Below the pieces are notes generated by a model. The model saw only the letters and a list, made by a program, of their open reading frames with translations. It searched no databases and was not told the DNA's origin. This document shows positions 39,301 through 54,300 of a DNA stretch of 64,000 bases, piece by piece (within the stretch, counting starts at the first letter, position 1; each line of letters begins with the position of its first letter). The stretch is taken from positions 148,800,001 to 148,864,000 of the forward strand of contig OZ296649.1 in the NCBI GenBank assembly GCA_965655095.1. Direction: 5' to 3'. Position numbers and translations under genes: made by a program. The stretch comes from Haplodiscus bocki. Taxonomy: Eukaryota.

Positions 39301-42300
39301 CAAGAGATGTAGGGCTAATTAAATTATGCATCGGACGTGGATAAAGGTCAGTAGTTGACAGCAAGGCAATATTTAAAGTACGAGACGGGTTAATATTGGG
39401 TGTAGAAGGTGATCGAGAGAAAAATGGTGTATTAGATTGGCGAGGAGAGGAATGAAGGTAGCTTGTGAATTTGTTAGTTGTGTTACAAAATTTGTAGACA
39501 TTACAACTATAGTTCCTCTGATAGAGGAAAAAGAACGAAAAAACTCAGTACTTCCAGTGTTATTGAAATCATCGTCAGATAAGGTTATGGCATCATAAGA
39601 AAGGATTATGGTATCGTTAAATTGGTTTCCTGGGAGAATGTCGGGGAGTGGTCTATTTGGTAAAACATTTTGGTTATGATATGGTGAAGCAATTTTTGAA
39701 AAGATTAAAAAAACTATCTACGTGAGATGAAACGTGAGGAAGAGGTTTGAATTTCGTTGTTTGAAGGCAGAAAGATCAGAGGAGTTGAAAATTGGAGAGA
39801 GTGGTATCAATGAAATTTAAAGATTCGGTCAACTATTTCGTATTTTTTAGTAAAGTACCGATATGGAAAGTGTTCAAAAAATAGAGGGACCGCTTTTTTG
39901 AAGGAAATCTAGTAGCTTAGCAAAGAAGAAATGAACGATTGAAGAGATTCATCTGGATGATTTTGTCAATTTGCAACTAACTGTGAGAATCTTCAATTGT
40001 TAAGAAGCAGCAAGATAAATTTTTGCTGTTCGTCAAGTATCAACAAGAGATATTTTGTGGTTTGTTAAATAGTAGCAAGAGAGCTTTTGTTGATTTTAAG
40101 TACCAGCTGAATGAGTCGAAGATTAGCGAAGAATGAAGAGCAGAAATTATTCAGCTTAAATTATTTGCAGTGAAAATCTAATGATTGGTTGAGGATTTCG
40201 TACCATGGAATTTTGATGGCTAGCGAGTTTGACTTGGGAGGTGATCTAAGGTTCTAGAAAGTTGTTTTGATTCCCGAAGCGTATATTGGTTATAAAATGC
40301 CGAAGATCGAGTTCAAAGACTATCTATCGAAATCAACAAAATTCGTTCCGGTGCAATCCCAATTCTCGGTTGGTAACTCCGTCAAAAAACGATCTGATTG
40401 ATAGGCGAGTTTCAAAAGAGAGATAAATGTAGGTTCTAAGAAACTAATTGGATTTTTGAATAGTTTATTAGTCTTTCAAAATGTCGGAAAACGAAGTCAA
40501 AACATCTACAAAATTAAAAGTTTATGTTGTTTTGATATGCGGTGTAGTTATGAACAGACAAAGGGATTATTTGGAAGGATAATAATTTTGAAAAACAGAG
40601 GCTGCCTAAACTGATTTGAGCTATTTTTATCCCGAGTGCAAACAATATTTAGATGGAGGTATATGGGTGCTGTAGTCTTTGACAGGTTGTCGTCGAAGAC
40701 AGCGGGTTGTTCGGAATTGAGAATATACGGAAGTTTGGTAAGATGTTGCGCCTAGTGGAAGCGCTGTTGGTCTTATGGTGTCAGTTTGAATGGTATTTGC
40801 TTGATAATTCAGCGTAGTAGGCGGTTGTTGAGAATTATCAAAGATTAATGGAGACGAAGTGTCGTCATCAGAGGAATTTATCGAGGTTTGGTGCCTGTCA
40901 GTCGAAAAGAAATCTGGTGTAGTCTCGTTGCCAGAATTTTCTAGCGAATCGTAAGGTAATCGCTCGGGTGCATATAATTCACCGGCCGGGTTAAACGAGG
41001 ATATGGTTATATGTGGCTGAAAAGAAACCGTTTTATATTGTTGAAAAAGTTTTTCTAAATGGGGGACAACGGGATAAAATGGGATCAAATGGTTTCCGTG
41101 TGCGAACAAAACATTTCCTTGATGTGACAGTAACTGATATTTCACATTTTACCCGACATATTGTATTTGTAGAACCGTCTGGAATCCATGATTTATATTG
41201 TGATTGAGGGCTGTAGACCCATACACCATAAAAATCTTGATCCAATGGGGTGGCTTGCATGGAACTTTGAATACGAATAAGATAAATTCGCTGTCCTAAA
41301 TCAGTTAAGAAAACAATAGTTTGAGGAGATTCCATGGTTCGGTTAGATCATGGACCGGAAAGTTCCAAGAGAAAGCTGACATGACTCTGACAGCGATTCC
41401 TAGTAACAGCATGATACCTAACCATTGTGCTCGGATAGTAACTTTGTCGATCATGTTAATGGTTAGTCTTAGTATTGTATACAAAAACTTCAGTTGTTTT
41501 TGTATATGAGACAGAAAAGTGGTAAGCTCAGACAGTAGTTGCCTTAGCTCTGATAAACGAATCAACACGTGGTTTATTGTGGGCAACGTCATGTGGATTT
41601 GTACTACAATCATCAAGTCGATTAAGGTTAAACCGGCGTACGTTAAGACGTTCTCGACAATAATAATGAATTGCCAAAAAGTCGTTAATTTGGTCTTGAT
41701 TGACAGTGTGAGTTTGATCTTCAAGAGGTTCGTCGTTCAGGAGAGGAAACTGGAGAGCTAAGAAGAGCTGGAGTATGATAATCTTGAACATGGATTATAA
41801 AAGGTAGCAGTTCCACGAGGAGTGCAAGTAGTTGGATCAAAATCAAATTTTAGGCTTGAACAAACAAACGAGGCAGGTGAGATTCTATATGTTATATCTG
41901 GGCAGAAAAGTGGAATGGGACGAACATATAATCTTTCAAAACAAACGCGTATGGAGAACTGAATTTCTAAAATGGGTTTACAAAGGATGGCCATTTCCTT
42001 AGTCTTTTTTGCGGGACTAAGAATTAAAGAGCGATTTATAATAACAATGCCATCGGATTCAAGAGTGTTATCAAGATAAAATCCAGTAGTAAGAAAATTA
42101 AAGGACTGTGCGTTTTGATGGGTATTTCAAAAGTTCTGGAGAGAGGGAGGTAATTCATGTGATGAATTTAAACTGAAGCATTGAATGTGACGTTCGACAC
42201 AAGTAGTCGTATCCAAAGATGTATGCTCAAGAGATGTAGGGCTAATTAAATTATGCATCGGACGTGGATAAAGGTCAGTAGTTGACAGCAAGGCAATATT

Positions 42301-45300
42301 TAAAGTACGAGACGGGTTAATATTGGGTGTAGAAGGTGATCGAGAGAAAAATGGTGTATTAGATTGGCGAGGAGAGGAATGAAGGTAGCTTGTGAATTTG
42401 TTAGTTGTGTTACAAAATTTGTAGACATTACAACTATAGTTCCTCTGATAGAGGAAAAAGAACGAAAAAACTCAGTACTTCCAGTGTTATTGAAATCATC
42501 GTCAGATAAGGTTATGGCATCATAAGAAAGGATTATGGTATCGTTAAATTGGTTTCCTGGGAGAATGTCGGGGAGTGGTCTATTTGGTAAAACATTTTGG
42601 TTATGATATGGTGAAGCAATTTTTGAAAAGATTAAAAAAACTATCTATGTGAGATGAAACGTGAGGAAGAGGTTTGAATTTCGTTGTTTGAAGGCAGAAA
42701 GATCAGAGGAGTTGAAAATTGGAGAGAGTGGTATCAATGAAATTTAAAGATTCGGTCAACTATTTCGTATTTTTTAGTAAAGTACCGATATGGAAAGTGT
42801 TCAAAAAATAGAGGGACCGCTTTTTTGAAGGAAATCTAGTAGCTTAGCAAAGAAGAAATGAACGATTGAAGAGATTCATCTGGATGATTTTGTCAATTTG
42901 CAACTAACTGTGAGAATCTTCAATTGTTAAGAAGCAGCAAGATAAATTTTTGCTGTTCGTCAAGTATCAACAAGAGATATTTTGTGGTTTGTTAAATAGT
43001 AGCAAGAGAGCTTTTGTTGATTTTAAGTACCAGCTGAATGAGTCGAAGATTAGCGAAGAATGAAGAGCAGAAATTATTCAGCTTAAATTATTTGCAGTGA
43101 AAATCTAATGATTGGTTGAGGATTTCGTACCATGGAATTTTGATGGCTAGCGAGTTTGACTTGGGAGGTGATCTAAGGTTCTAGAAAGTTGTTTTGATTC
43201 CCGAAGCGTATATTGGTTATAAAATGCCGAAGATCGAGTTCAAAGACTATCTATCGAAATCAACAAAATTCGTTCCGGTGCAATCCCAATTCTCGGTTGG
43301 TAACTCCGTCAAAAAACGATCTGATTGATAGGCGAGTTTCAAAAGAGAGATAAATGTAGGTTCTAAGAAACTAATTGGATTTTTGAATAGTTTATTAGTC
43401 TTTCAAAATGTCGGAAAACGAAGTCAAAACATCTACAAAATTAAAAGTTTATGTTGTTTTGATATGCGGTGTAGTTATGAACAGACAAAGGGATTATTTG
43501 GAAGGATAATAATTTTGAAAAACAGAGGCTGCCTAAACTGATTTGAGCTATTTTTATCCCGAGTGCAAACAATATTTAGATGGAGGTATATGGGTGCTGT
43601 AGTCTTTGACAGGTTGTCGTCGAAGACAGCGGGTTGTTCGGAATTGAGAATATACGGAAGTTTGGTAAGATGTTGCGCCTAGTGGAAGCGCTGTTGGTCT
43701 TATGGTGTCAGTTTGAATGGTATTTGCTTGATAATTCAGCGTAGTAGGCGGTTGTTGAGAATTATCAAAGATTAATGGAGACGAAGTGTCGTCATCAGAG
43801 GAATTTATCGAGGTTTGGTGCCTGTCAGTCGAAAAGAAATCTGGTGTAGTCTCGTTGCCAGAATTTTCTAGCGAATCGTAAGGTAATCGCTCGGGTGCAT
43901 ATAATTCACCGGCCGGGTTAAACGAGGATATGGTTATATGTGGCTGAAAAGAAACCGTTTTATATTGTTGAAAAAGTTTTTCTAAATGGGGGACAACGGG
44001 ATAAAATGGGATCAAATGGTTTCCGTGTGCGAACAAAACATTTCCTTGATGTGACAGTAACTGATATTTCACATTTTACCCGACATATTGTATTTGTAGA
44101 ACCGTCTGGAATCCATGATTTATATTGTGATTGAGGGCTGTAGACCCATACACCATAAAAATCTTGATCCAATGGGGTGGCTTGCATGGAACTTTGAATA
44201 CGAATAAGATAAATTCGCTGTCCTAAATCAGTTAAGAAAACAATAGTTTGAGGAGATTCCATGGTTCGGTTAGATCATGGACCGGAAAGTTCCAAGAGAA
44301 AGCTGACATGACTCTGACAGCGATTCCTAGTAACAGCATGATACCTAACCATTGTGCTCGGATAGTAACTTTGTCGATCATGTTAATGGTTAGTCTTAGT
44401 ATTGTATACAAAAACTTCAGTTGTTTTTGTATATGAGACAGAAAAGTGGTAAGCTCAGACAGTAGTTGCCTTAGCTCTGATAAACGAATCAACACGTGGT
44501 TTATTGTGGGCAACGTCATGTGGATTTGTACTACAATCATCAAGTCGATTAAGGTTAAACCGGCGTACGTTAAGACGTTCTCGACAATAATAATGAATTG
44601 CCAAAAAGTCGTTAATTTGGTCTTGATTGACAGTGTGAGTTTGATCTTCAAGAGGTTCGTCGTTCAGGAGAGGAAACTGGAGAGCTAAGAAGAGCTGGAG
44701 TATGATAATCTTGAACATGGATTATAAAAGGTAGCAGTTCCACGAGGAGTGCAAGTAGTTGGATCAAAATCAAATTTTAGGCTTGAACAAACAAACGAGG
44801 CAGGTGAGATTCTATATGTTATATCTGGGCAGAAAAGTGGAATGGGACGAACATATAATCTTTCAAAACAAACGCGTATGGAGAACTGAATTTCTAAAAT
44901 GGGTTTACAAAGGATGGCCATTTCCTTAGTCTTTTTTGCGGGACTAAGAATTAAAGAGCGATTTATAATAACAATGCCATCGGATTCAAGAGTGTTATCA
45001 AGATAAAATCCAGTAGTAAGAAAATTAAAGGACTGTGCGTTTTGATGGGTATTTCAAAAGTTCTGGAGAGAGGGAGGTAATTCATGTGATGAATTTAAAC
45101 TGAAGCATTGAATGTGACGTTCGACACAAGTAGTCGTATCCAAAGATGTATGCTCAAGAGATGTAGGGCTAATTAAATTATGCATCGGACGTGGATAAAG
45201 GTCAGTAGTTGACAGCAAGGCAATATTTAAAGTACGAGACGGGTTAATATTGGGTGTAGAAGGTGATCGAGAGAAAAATGGTGTATTAGATTGGCGAGGA

Positions 45301-48300
45301 GAGGAATGAAGGTAGCTTGTGAATTTGTTAGTTGTGTTACAAAATTTGTAGACATTACAACTATAGTTCCTCTGATAGAGGAAAAAGAACGAAAAAACTC
45401 AGTACTTCCAGTGTTATTGAAATCATCGTCAGATAAGTTTATGGCATCAAAAGAAAGGATTATGGTATCGTTAAATTGGTTTCCTGGGAGAATGTCGGGG
45501 AGTGGTCTATTTGGTAAAACATTTTGGTTATGATATGGTGAAGCAATTTTTGAAAAGATTAAAAAAACTATCTATGTGAGATGAAACGTGAGGAAGAGGT
45601 TTGAATTTCGTTGTTTGAAGGCAGAAAGATCAGAGGAGTTGAAAATTGGAGAGAGTGGTATCAATGAAATTTAAAGATTCGGTCAACTATTTCGTATTTT
45701 TTAGTAAAGTACCGATATGGAAAGTGTTCAAAAAATAGAGGGACCGCTTTTTTGAAGGAAATCTAGTAGCTTAGCAAAGAAGAAATGAACGATTGAAGAG
45801 ATTCATCTGGATGATTTTGTCAATTTGCAACTAACTGTGAGAATCTTCAATTGTTAAGAAGCAGCAAGATAAATTTTTGCTGTTCGTCAAGTATCAACAA
45901 GAGATATTTTGTGGTTTGTTAAATAGTAGCAAGAGAGCTTTTGTTGATTTTAAGTACCAGCTGAATGAGTCGAAGATTAGCGAAGAATGAAGAGCAGAAA
46001 TTATTCAGCTTAAATTATTTGCAGTGAAAATCTAATGATTGGTTGAGGATTTCGTACCATGGAATTTTGATGGCTAGCGAGTTTGACTTGGGAGGTGATC
46101 TAAGGTTCTAGAAAGTTGTTTTGATTCCCGAAGCGTATATTGGTTATAAAATGCCGAAGATCGAGTTCAAAAACTATCTATCGAAATCAACAAAATTCGT
46201 TCCGGTGCAATCCCAATTCTCGGTTGGTAACTCCGTCAAAAAACGATCTGATTGATAGGCGAGTTTCAAAAGAGAGATAAATGTAGGTTCTAAGAAACTA
46301 ATTGGATTTTTGAATAGTTTATTAGACTTTCAAAATGTCGGAAAACGAAATCAAAACATCTACAAAATTAAAAGTTTATGTTGTTTTGATATGCGGTGTA
46401 GTTATGAACAGACAAAGGGATTATTTGAAACGATAATAATTTTGAAAAACAGAGGCTGCCTAAACTGATTTGAGCTATTTTTAACCCGAGTGAAAACAAT
46501 ATTTAGATGGAGGTATATGGGTGCTGTAGTCTTTGACAGGTTGTCGTCGAAGACAGCGGGTTGTTCGGAATTGAGAATATACGGAAGTTTGGTAAGATGT
46601 TGCGCCTAGTGGAGGCGCTGTTGGTCTTATGGTGTCAGTTTGAATGGTATTTGCTTGATCATTCAGCGTAGTAGGCGGTTGTTGAGAATTATCAAAGATT
46701 AATGGAGACGAAGTGTCGTCATCAGGGGAATTTATCGACGTTTGGTGCCTGTCAGTCGAAAAGAAATCTGGTGTAGTCTCGTTGCCAGAATTTTCTAGCG
46801 AATCGTAAGGTAATCGCTCGGGTGCATATAATTCACCGGCCGGGTTAAACGAGGATATGGTTATATGTGGCTGAAAAGAAACCGTTTTATATTGTTGGAG
46901 AAGTTTTTCTAAATGGGGGACAACGGGATAAAATGGGATCAAATGGTTTCCGTGTGCGAACAAAACATTTCCCTGATGTGACAGTAACTGATATTTCACA
47001 TTTTACTCGACGCATTGTATTGGTAGAACCGTCTGGAATCCATGATTTTTATTGTGATTGAGGGCTGTAGACACATACACCATAAAAATCTTGATCCAAT
47101 GGGGTGGCTTGCATGGAACTTTGAATACGAATAAGATAAATTCGCTGTCCTAAATCAGTTAAGAAAACAATAGTTTGAGGAGATTCCATGGTTCGGTTAG
47201 ATCGTGGACCGGAAAGTTCCAAGAGAAAGCTGACATGACTCTGACAGCCATTCCTAGTAACAGCATGATACCTAACCATTGTGCTCGGATAGTAACTTTG
47301 TCGATAATGTTAATGGTTAGTCTTAGTATTGTTTACAAAAATTTCAGTTGTTTTTGTATATGAGAGGGAAAATTGGTAAGCTAAGACAATAGTTGCCTTG
47401 GCTCTGATGAACAAATCAACACGTGGTTTATTGTAGGCAACGTCATGTTGATTTGTACTACAATCATCAAGTCGATTAAGGTTAAACCGGCGTACGTTAA
47501 GACGTTCTCGACAAAAATAATGAATTGCCAAAAAGTCGTTAATTTGGTCTTGATTGACAGTGTGAGTTTGATCTTCAAGAGGTTCGTCGTTCAGGAGAGG
47601 AAACTGGAGAGCTAAAAAGAGTTGGAGTATGTTAATCTTGAACATGGATTGCAAAAGGTAGCAGTTCCACGAGGAGTGCAAGTAGTTGGATCAAAATTAA
47701 ATTTTAGGCTTGAAGAAACAAACGAGGCAGGTGAGGTTCTATATGTTATATCTGGGCAGAAAAGTGGAATGGGACGAACATATAATCTTATAAAACAAAC
47801 GCGTATGGAGAACTGAATTTCTAAATTGGGTTTATAAAGGATGAAAATTTCCTTAGTCTTGTTTTCGGGACTAAGACTTAAAGAGCGATTTATATTAACA
47901 ATGCCTTCGGAATCAAGAGTGTTATCAAGATAAAATGCAGTAGAAAGAAAAATAAAGGACTGTGCGTTTTGATGGGTATTTCAAAAGTTCCGGAGAGAGG
48001 GAGGTAATTCATGTGATGAATTTAAACTGAAACATTGAATGTGACGTTCGACATAAGTAGTCGTATCCAAAGATGTATGCTCAAGAGATGTAGGGCTAAT
48101 TGAATTATGGATTGGACGAGGACAAAGGTCAGTAGTTGAAAAAAATGCAATATTTAAATTACGAGACGGGTTAGTATTGGATGTAGAAGGTGAACGAGAG
48201 GTAAGTGGTGTATTAGATTGGCGAGGAGAGGAATCAACATAGTTTGTGAGTTTAATAGTTGTGTTAAATTACTTGGAGACATTACAATTATAGTTCCTCT

Positions 48301-51300
48301 GATAAGGGAAAAAGTACGAAAAAACTCAGTACTTCCAGTGTTATTGAAATCATCGTCAGATAAGTTTATGGCATCAAAAGAAAGGATTAGGGTATCGTTA
48401 AATTCGTTTCCTGGGAGAATATCGGGGAGTGGTCCACTTGGTATAATATTCTGGTTATAATATGGTGAAGCAATTTTTGAAAAGATTAAAAAAACTATCT
48501 ATGTGAGATGAAACGTGAGGAAGAGGTTTGAATTTCGTTGTTTGAAGGCAGAAAGATCAGAGGAGTTGAAAATTGGAGAGAGTGGTATCAATGAAATTTA
48601 AAGATTCGGTCAACTATTTCGTATTTTTTAGTAAAGTACCGATATGGAAAGTGTTCAAAAAATAGAGGGACCGCTTTTTTGAAGGAAATCTAGTAGCTTA
48701 GCAAAGAAGAAATGAACGATTGAAGAGATTCATCTGGATGATTTTGTCAATTTGCAACTAACTGTGAGAATCTTCAATTGTTAAGAAGCAGCAAGATAAA
48801 TTTTTGCTGTTCGTCAAGTATCAACAAGAGATATTTTGTGGTTTGTTAAATAGTAGCAAGAGAGCTTTTGTTGATTTTAAGTACCAGCTGAATGAGTCGA
48901 AGATTAGCGAAGAATGAAGAGCAGAAATTATTCAGCTTAAATTATTTGCAGTGAAAATCTAATGATTGGTTGAGGATTTCGTACCATGGAATTTTGATGG
49001 CTAGCGAGTTTGACTTGGGAGGTGATCTAAGGTTCTAGAAAGTTGTTTTGATTCCCGAAGCGTATATTGGTTATAAAATGCCGAAGATCGAGTTCAAAAA
49101 CTATCTATCGAAATCAACAAAATTCGTTCCGGTGCAATCCCAATTCTCGGTTGGTAACTCCGTCAAAAAACGATCTGATTGATAGGCGAGTTTCAAAAGA
49201 GAGATAAATGTAGGTTCTAAGAAACTAATTGGATTTTTGAATAGTTTATTAGACTTTCAAAATGTCGGAAAACGAAGTCAAAACATCTACAAAATTAAAA
49301 GTTTATGTTGTTTTGATATGCGGTGTAGTTATGAAGAGACAAAGGGATTATTTGGAAGGATAATAAATTTGAAAAACAGAGGCTGCCTAAACTGATTTGA
49401 GCTATTTTTATCCCGAGTGAAAACAATATTTAGATGGAGGTATATGGGTGCTGTAGTCTTTGACAGGTTGTCGTCGAAGACAGCGGGTTGTTCGGAATTG
49501 AGAATATACGGAAGTTTGGTAAGATGTTGCGCCTAGTGGAAGCGCTGTTGGTGTTATGGTGTCAGTTTGAATGGTATTTGCTTGATAATTCAGCGTAGTA
49601 GGCGGTTGTTGAGAATTATCAAAGATTATTGGAGACGAAGTGTCGTCATCAGGGGAACTTATCGAGGTTTGGTGCCTGTCAATCGAAAAGAAATCTGGTG
49701 TAGTCTCGTTGCCAGAATTTTCTAGCGAATCGTAAGGTAATCGCTCGGGTGCATATAATTCACCGGCCGGGTTAAACGAGGATATGGTTATATGTGGCTG
49801 AAAAAAAACCGTTTTATATTGTTGAAAAAGTTTTTCTAAATGGGGGACAACGGGATAAAATGGGATCAAATGGTTTCCGTGTGCGAACAAAACATTTCCT
49901 TGATGTGACAGTAACTGATATTTCACATTTTACTCGACGCATTGTATTGGTAGAACCGTCTGGAATCCATGATTTTTATTGTGATTGAGGGCTGTAGACA
50001 CATACACCATAAAAATCTTGATCCAATGGGGTGGCTTGCATGGAACTTTGAATACGAATAAGATAAATTCGCTGTCCTAAATCAGTTAAGAAAACAATAG
50101 TTTGAGGAGATTCCATGGTTCGGTTAGATCGTGGACCGGAAAGTTCCAAGAGAAAGCTGACATGACTCTGACAGCGATTCCTAGTAACAGCATGATACCT
50201 AACCATTGTGCTCGGATAGTAACTTTGTCGATCATGTTAATGGTTAGTCTTAGTATTGTATACAAAAACTTCAGTTGTTTTTGTATATGAGACGGAAAAG
50301 TGGTAAGCTCAGACAGTAGTTGCCTTAGCTCTGATAAACGAATCAACACGTGGTTTATTGTGGGCAACGTCATGTGGATTTGTACTACAATCATCAAGTC
50401 GATTAAGGTTAAACCGGCGTACGTTAAGACGTTCTCGACAATAATAATGAATTGCCAAAAAGTCGTTAATTTGGTCTTGATTGACAGTGTGAGTTTGATC
50501 TTCAAGAGGTTCGTCGTTCAGGAGAGGAAACTGGAGAGCTAAGAAGAGCTGGAGTATGATAATCTTGAACATGGATTATAAAAGGTAGCAGTTCCACGAG
50601 GAGTGCAAGTAGTTGGATCAAAATCAAATTTTAGGCTGGAACAAACAAACGAGGCAGGTGAGATTCTATATGTTATATCTGGGCAGAAAAGTGGAATGGG
50701 ACGAACATATAATCTTTCAAAACAAACGCGTATGGAGAACTGAATTTCTAAATTGGGTTTACAAAGGATGGCAATTTCCTTAGTCTTTTTTGCGGGACTA
50801 AGACTCAAAGAGCGATTTATAATAACAATGCCATCGGATTCAAGAGTGTTATCAAGATAAAATCCAGTAGAAAGAAAATTAAAGGACTGTGCGTTTTGAT
50901 GGGTATTTCAAAAGTTCTGGAGAGAGGGAGGTAATTCATGTGATGAATTTAAACTGAAGCATTGAAAGTGACGTTCGACACAAGTAGTCGTATCCAAAGA
51001 TGTATGCTCAAGAGATGTAGGGCTAATTAATTTATGGATCGGACGTGGAGAAAGGTCAGTAGTTGACAGCAAGGCAATATTTAAAGTACGAGACGGGTTA
51101 ATATTGGGTGTAGAAGGTGATCGAGAGAAAAATGGTGTATTAGATTGGCGAGGAGAGGAATGAAGGTAGCTTGTGAATTTGTTAGTTGTGTTACAAAATT
51201 TGTAGACATTACAACTATAGTTCCTCTGATAGAGGAAAAAGAACGAAAAAACTCAGTACTTCCAGTGTTATTGAAATCATCGTCAGATAAGGTTATGGCA

Positions 51301-54300
51301 TCATAAGAAAGGATTATGGTATCGTTAAATTGGTTTCCTGGGAGAATGTCGGGGAGTGGTCTATTTGGTAAAACATTTTGGTTATGATATGGTGAAGCAA
51401 TTTTTGAGAAGATTAAAAAAACTATCTATGTGAGATGAAACGTGAGGAAGAGGTTTGAATTTCGTTGTTTGAAGGCAGAAAGATCAGAGGAGTTGAAAAT
51501 TGGAGAGAGTGGTATCTATGAAATTTAAAGATTCGGTTAACTATTTCGTATTTTTTGGTAAAGTACCGATATGGAAAGTGTTCAAAAAATAGAGGGACCG
51601 CTTTTTTGAAGGATATCTAGTAGCTTAGCAAAGAAGAAATGAACGATTGAAGAGATTCATATGGATGATTTTGTCAATTTGCAACTAACTGTGAGAATCT
51701 TCAATTGTTAAGAAGCAGCAAGATAAATTTTTGCTGTTCGTCAAGTATCAACAAGAGATATTTTGTGGTTTGTTAAATAGTAGCAAGAGAGCTTTTGTTG
51801 ATTTTAAGTACCAGCTGAATGAGTCGAAGATTAGCGAAGAATGAAGAGCAGAAATTATTCAGCTTAAATTATTTGCAGTGAAAATCTAATGATTGGTTGA
51901 GGATTTCGTACCATGGAATTTTGATGGCTAGCGAGTTTGACTTGGGAGGTGATCTAAGGTTCTAGAAAGTTGTTTTGATTCCCGAAGCGTATATTGGTTA
52001 TAAAATGCCGAAGATCGAGTTCAAAGACTATCTATCGAAATCAACAAAATTCGTTCCGGTGCAATCCCAATTCTCGGTTGGTAACTCCGTCAAAAAACGA
52101 TCTGATTGATAGGCGAGTTTCAAAAGAGAGATAAATGTAGGTTCTAAGAAACTAATTGGATTTTTGAATAGTTTATTAGTCTTTCAAAATGTCGGAAAAC
52201 GAAGTCAAAACAATTACAAAATTGAAAGTTTAAATTGTTTTGATATGCGGTGTAGTTATGAACAGACAAAGGGATTAATTGGAAGGATAATAACTTGGAA
52301 AAACAGAGGCTGTCTGAACTGATTTGAGCTATTTTTGTCTCGAGTGAAAATAATATTTAGATGGAGGTATATGGGTGCTGTAGTCTTTGACAGGTTGTCG
52401 TCGAAGACAGCGGGTTGTTCGGAATTGAGAATATACGGAAGTTTGGTAAGATGTTGCGCCTAGTGGAAGCGCTGTTGGTCTTATGGTGTCAGTTTGAATG
52501 GTATTTGCTTGATAATTCAGCGTAGTAGGCGGTTGTTGAGAATTATCAAAGATTAATGGAGACGAAGTGTCGTCCTCGGGGAAGTTATCGAGGTGTGGTG
52601 CCTGTCAGTTAAAAAGAAATCTGGTGTAGTCTCGTTGGCAGATACTTCTAGCGAAACGTAAGATGATCGCTCGGGTGAATATATTTCACCGGCCGGGTTA
52701 AACGAGGATATGGTTATATGTGGCTGAAAAGAAACCGTTTTATATTGTTGGAGAAGTTTTTCTAAATGGGGGACAACGGGATAAAATGGGATCAAATGGT
52801 TTCCGTGTGCGAACAAAACATTTCCTTGATGTGACAGTAACTGATATTTCACATTTTACCCGACGCATTGTATTTGTAGAACCGTCTGGAATCCATGATT
52901 TATATTGTGATTGAGGGCTGTAGACCCATACACCATAAAAATCTTGATCCAATGGGGTGGCTTGCATGGAACTTTGAATACGAATGAGATAATTTTGCTG
53001 TCCTAAATCAGTTAACCGGCCGGTTAATAGTTTGAGGAGATTCCATGGTTCGGTTAGATCGTGGACCGGAAAGTTCCAGGAGAAAGCTGACATGACTCTG
53101 ACAGCCATTCTTAGTAACAGCATGATACCTAACCAGTGTGCTCGGATAGTAACTTTGTCGATAATGTTAATGGTTAGTCTTAGTATTGTTTACAAAAATT
53201 TCAGTTGTTTTTGTATATGAGAGGGAAAATTGGTAAGCTAAGACAATAGTTGCCTTGGCTCTGATGAACAAATCAACACGTGGTTTATTGTAGGCAACGT
53301 CATGTTGATTTGTACTACAATCATCAAGTCGATTAAGGTTAAACCGGCGTACGTTAAGACGTTCTCGACAAAAATAATGAATTGCCAAAAAGTCGTTAAT
53401 TTGGTCTTGATTGACAGTGTGAGTTTGATCTTCAAGAGGTTCGTCGTTCAGGAGAGGAAACTGGAGAGCTAAAAAGAGTTGGAGTATGTTAATCTTGAAC
53501 ATGGATTGCAAAAGGTAGCAGTTCCACGAGGAGTGCAAGTAGTTGGATCAAAATTAAATTTTAGGCTTGAAGAAACAAACGAGGCAGGTGAGGTTCTATA
53601 TGTTATATCTGGGCAGAAAAGTGGAATGGGACGAACATATAATCTTATAAAACAAACGCGTATGGAGAACTGAATTTCTAAATTGGGTTTATAAAGGATG
53701 AAAATTTCCTTAGTCTTGTTTTCGGGACTAAGACTTAAAGAGCGATTTATATTAACAATGCCTTCGGAATCAAGAGTGTTATCAAGATAAAATGCAGTAG
53801 AAAGAAAAATAAAGGACTGTGCGTTTTGATGGGTATTTCAAAAGTTCCGGAGAGAGGGAGGTAATTCATGTGATGAATTTAAACTGAAACATTGAATGTG
53901 ACGTTCGACATAAGTAGTCGTATCCAAAGATGTATGCTCAAGAGATGTAGGGCTAATTGAATTATGGATTGGACGAGGACAAAGGTCAGTAGTTGAAAAA
54001 AATGCAATATTTAAATTACGAGACGGGTTAGTATTGGATGTAGAAGGTGAACGAGAGGTAAGTGGTGTATTAGATTGGCGAGGAGAGGAATCAACATAGT
54101 TTGTGAGTTTAATAGTTGTGTTAAATTACTTGGAGACATTACAATTATAGTTCCTCTGATAAGGGAAAAAGTACGAAAAAACTCAGTACTTCCAGTGTTA
54201 TTGAAATCATCGTCAGATAAGTTTATGGCATCAAAAGAAAGGATTAGGGTATCGTTAAATTCGTTTCCTGGGAGAATATCGGGGAGTGGTCCACTTGGTA

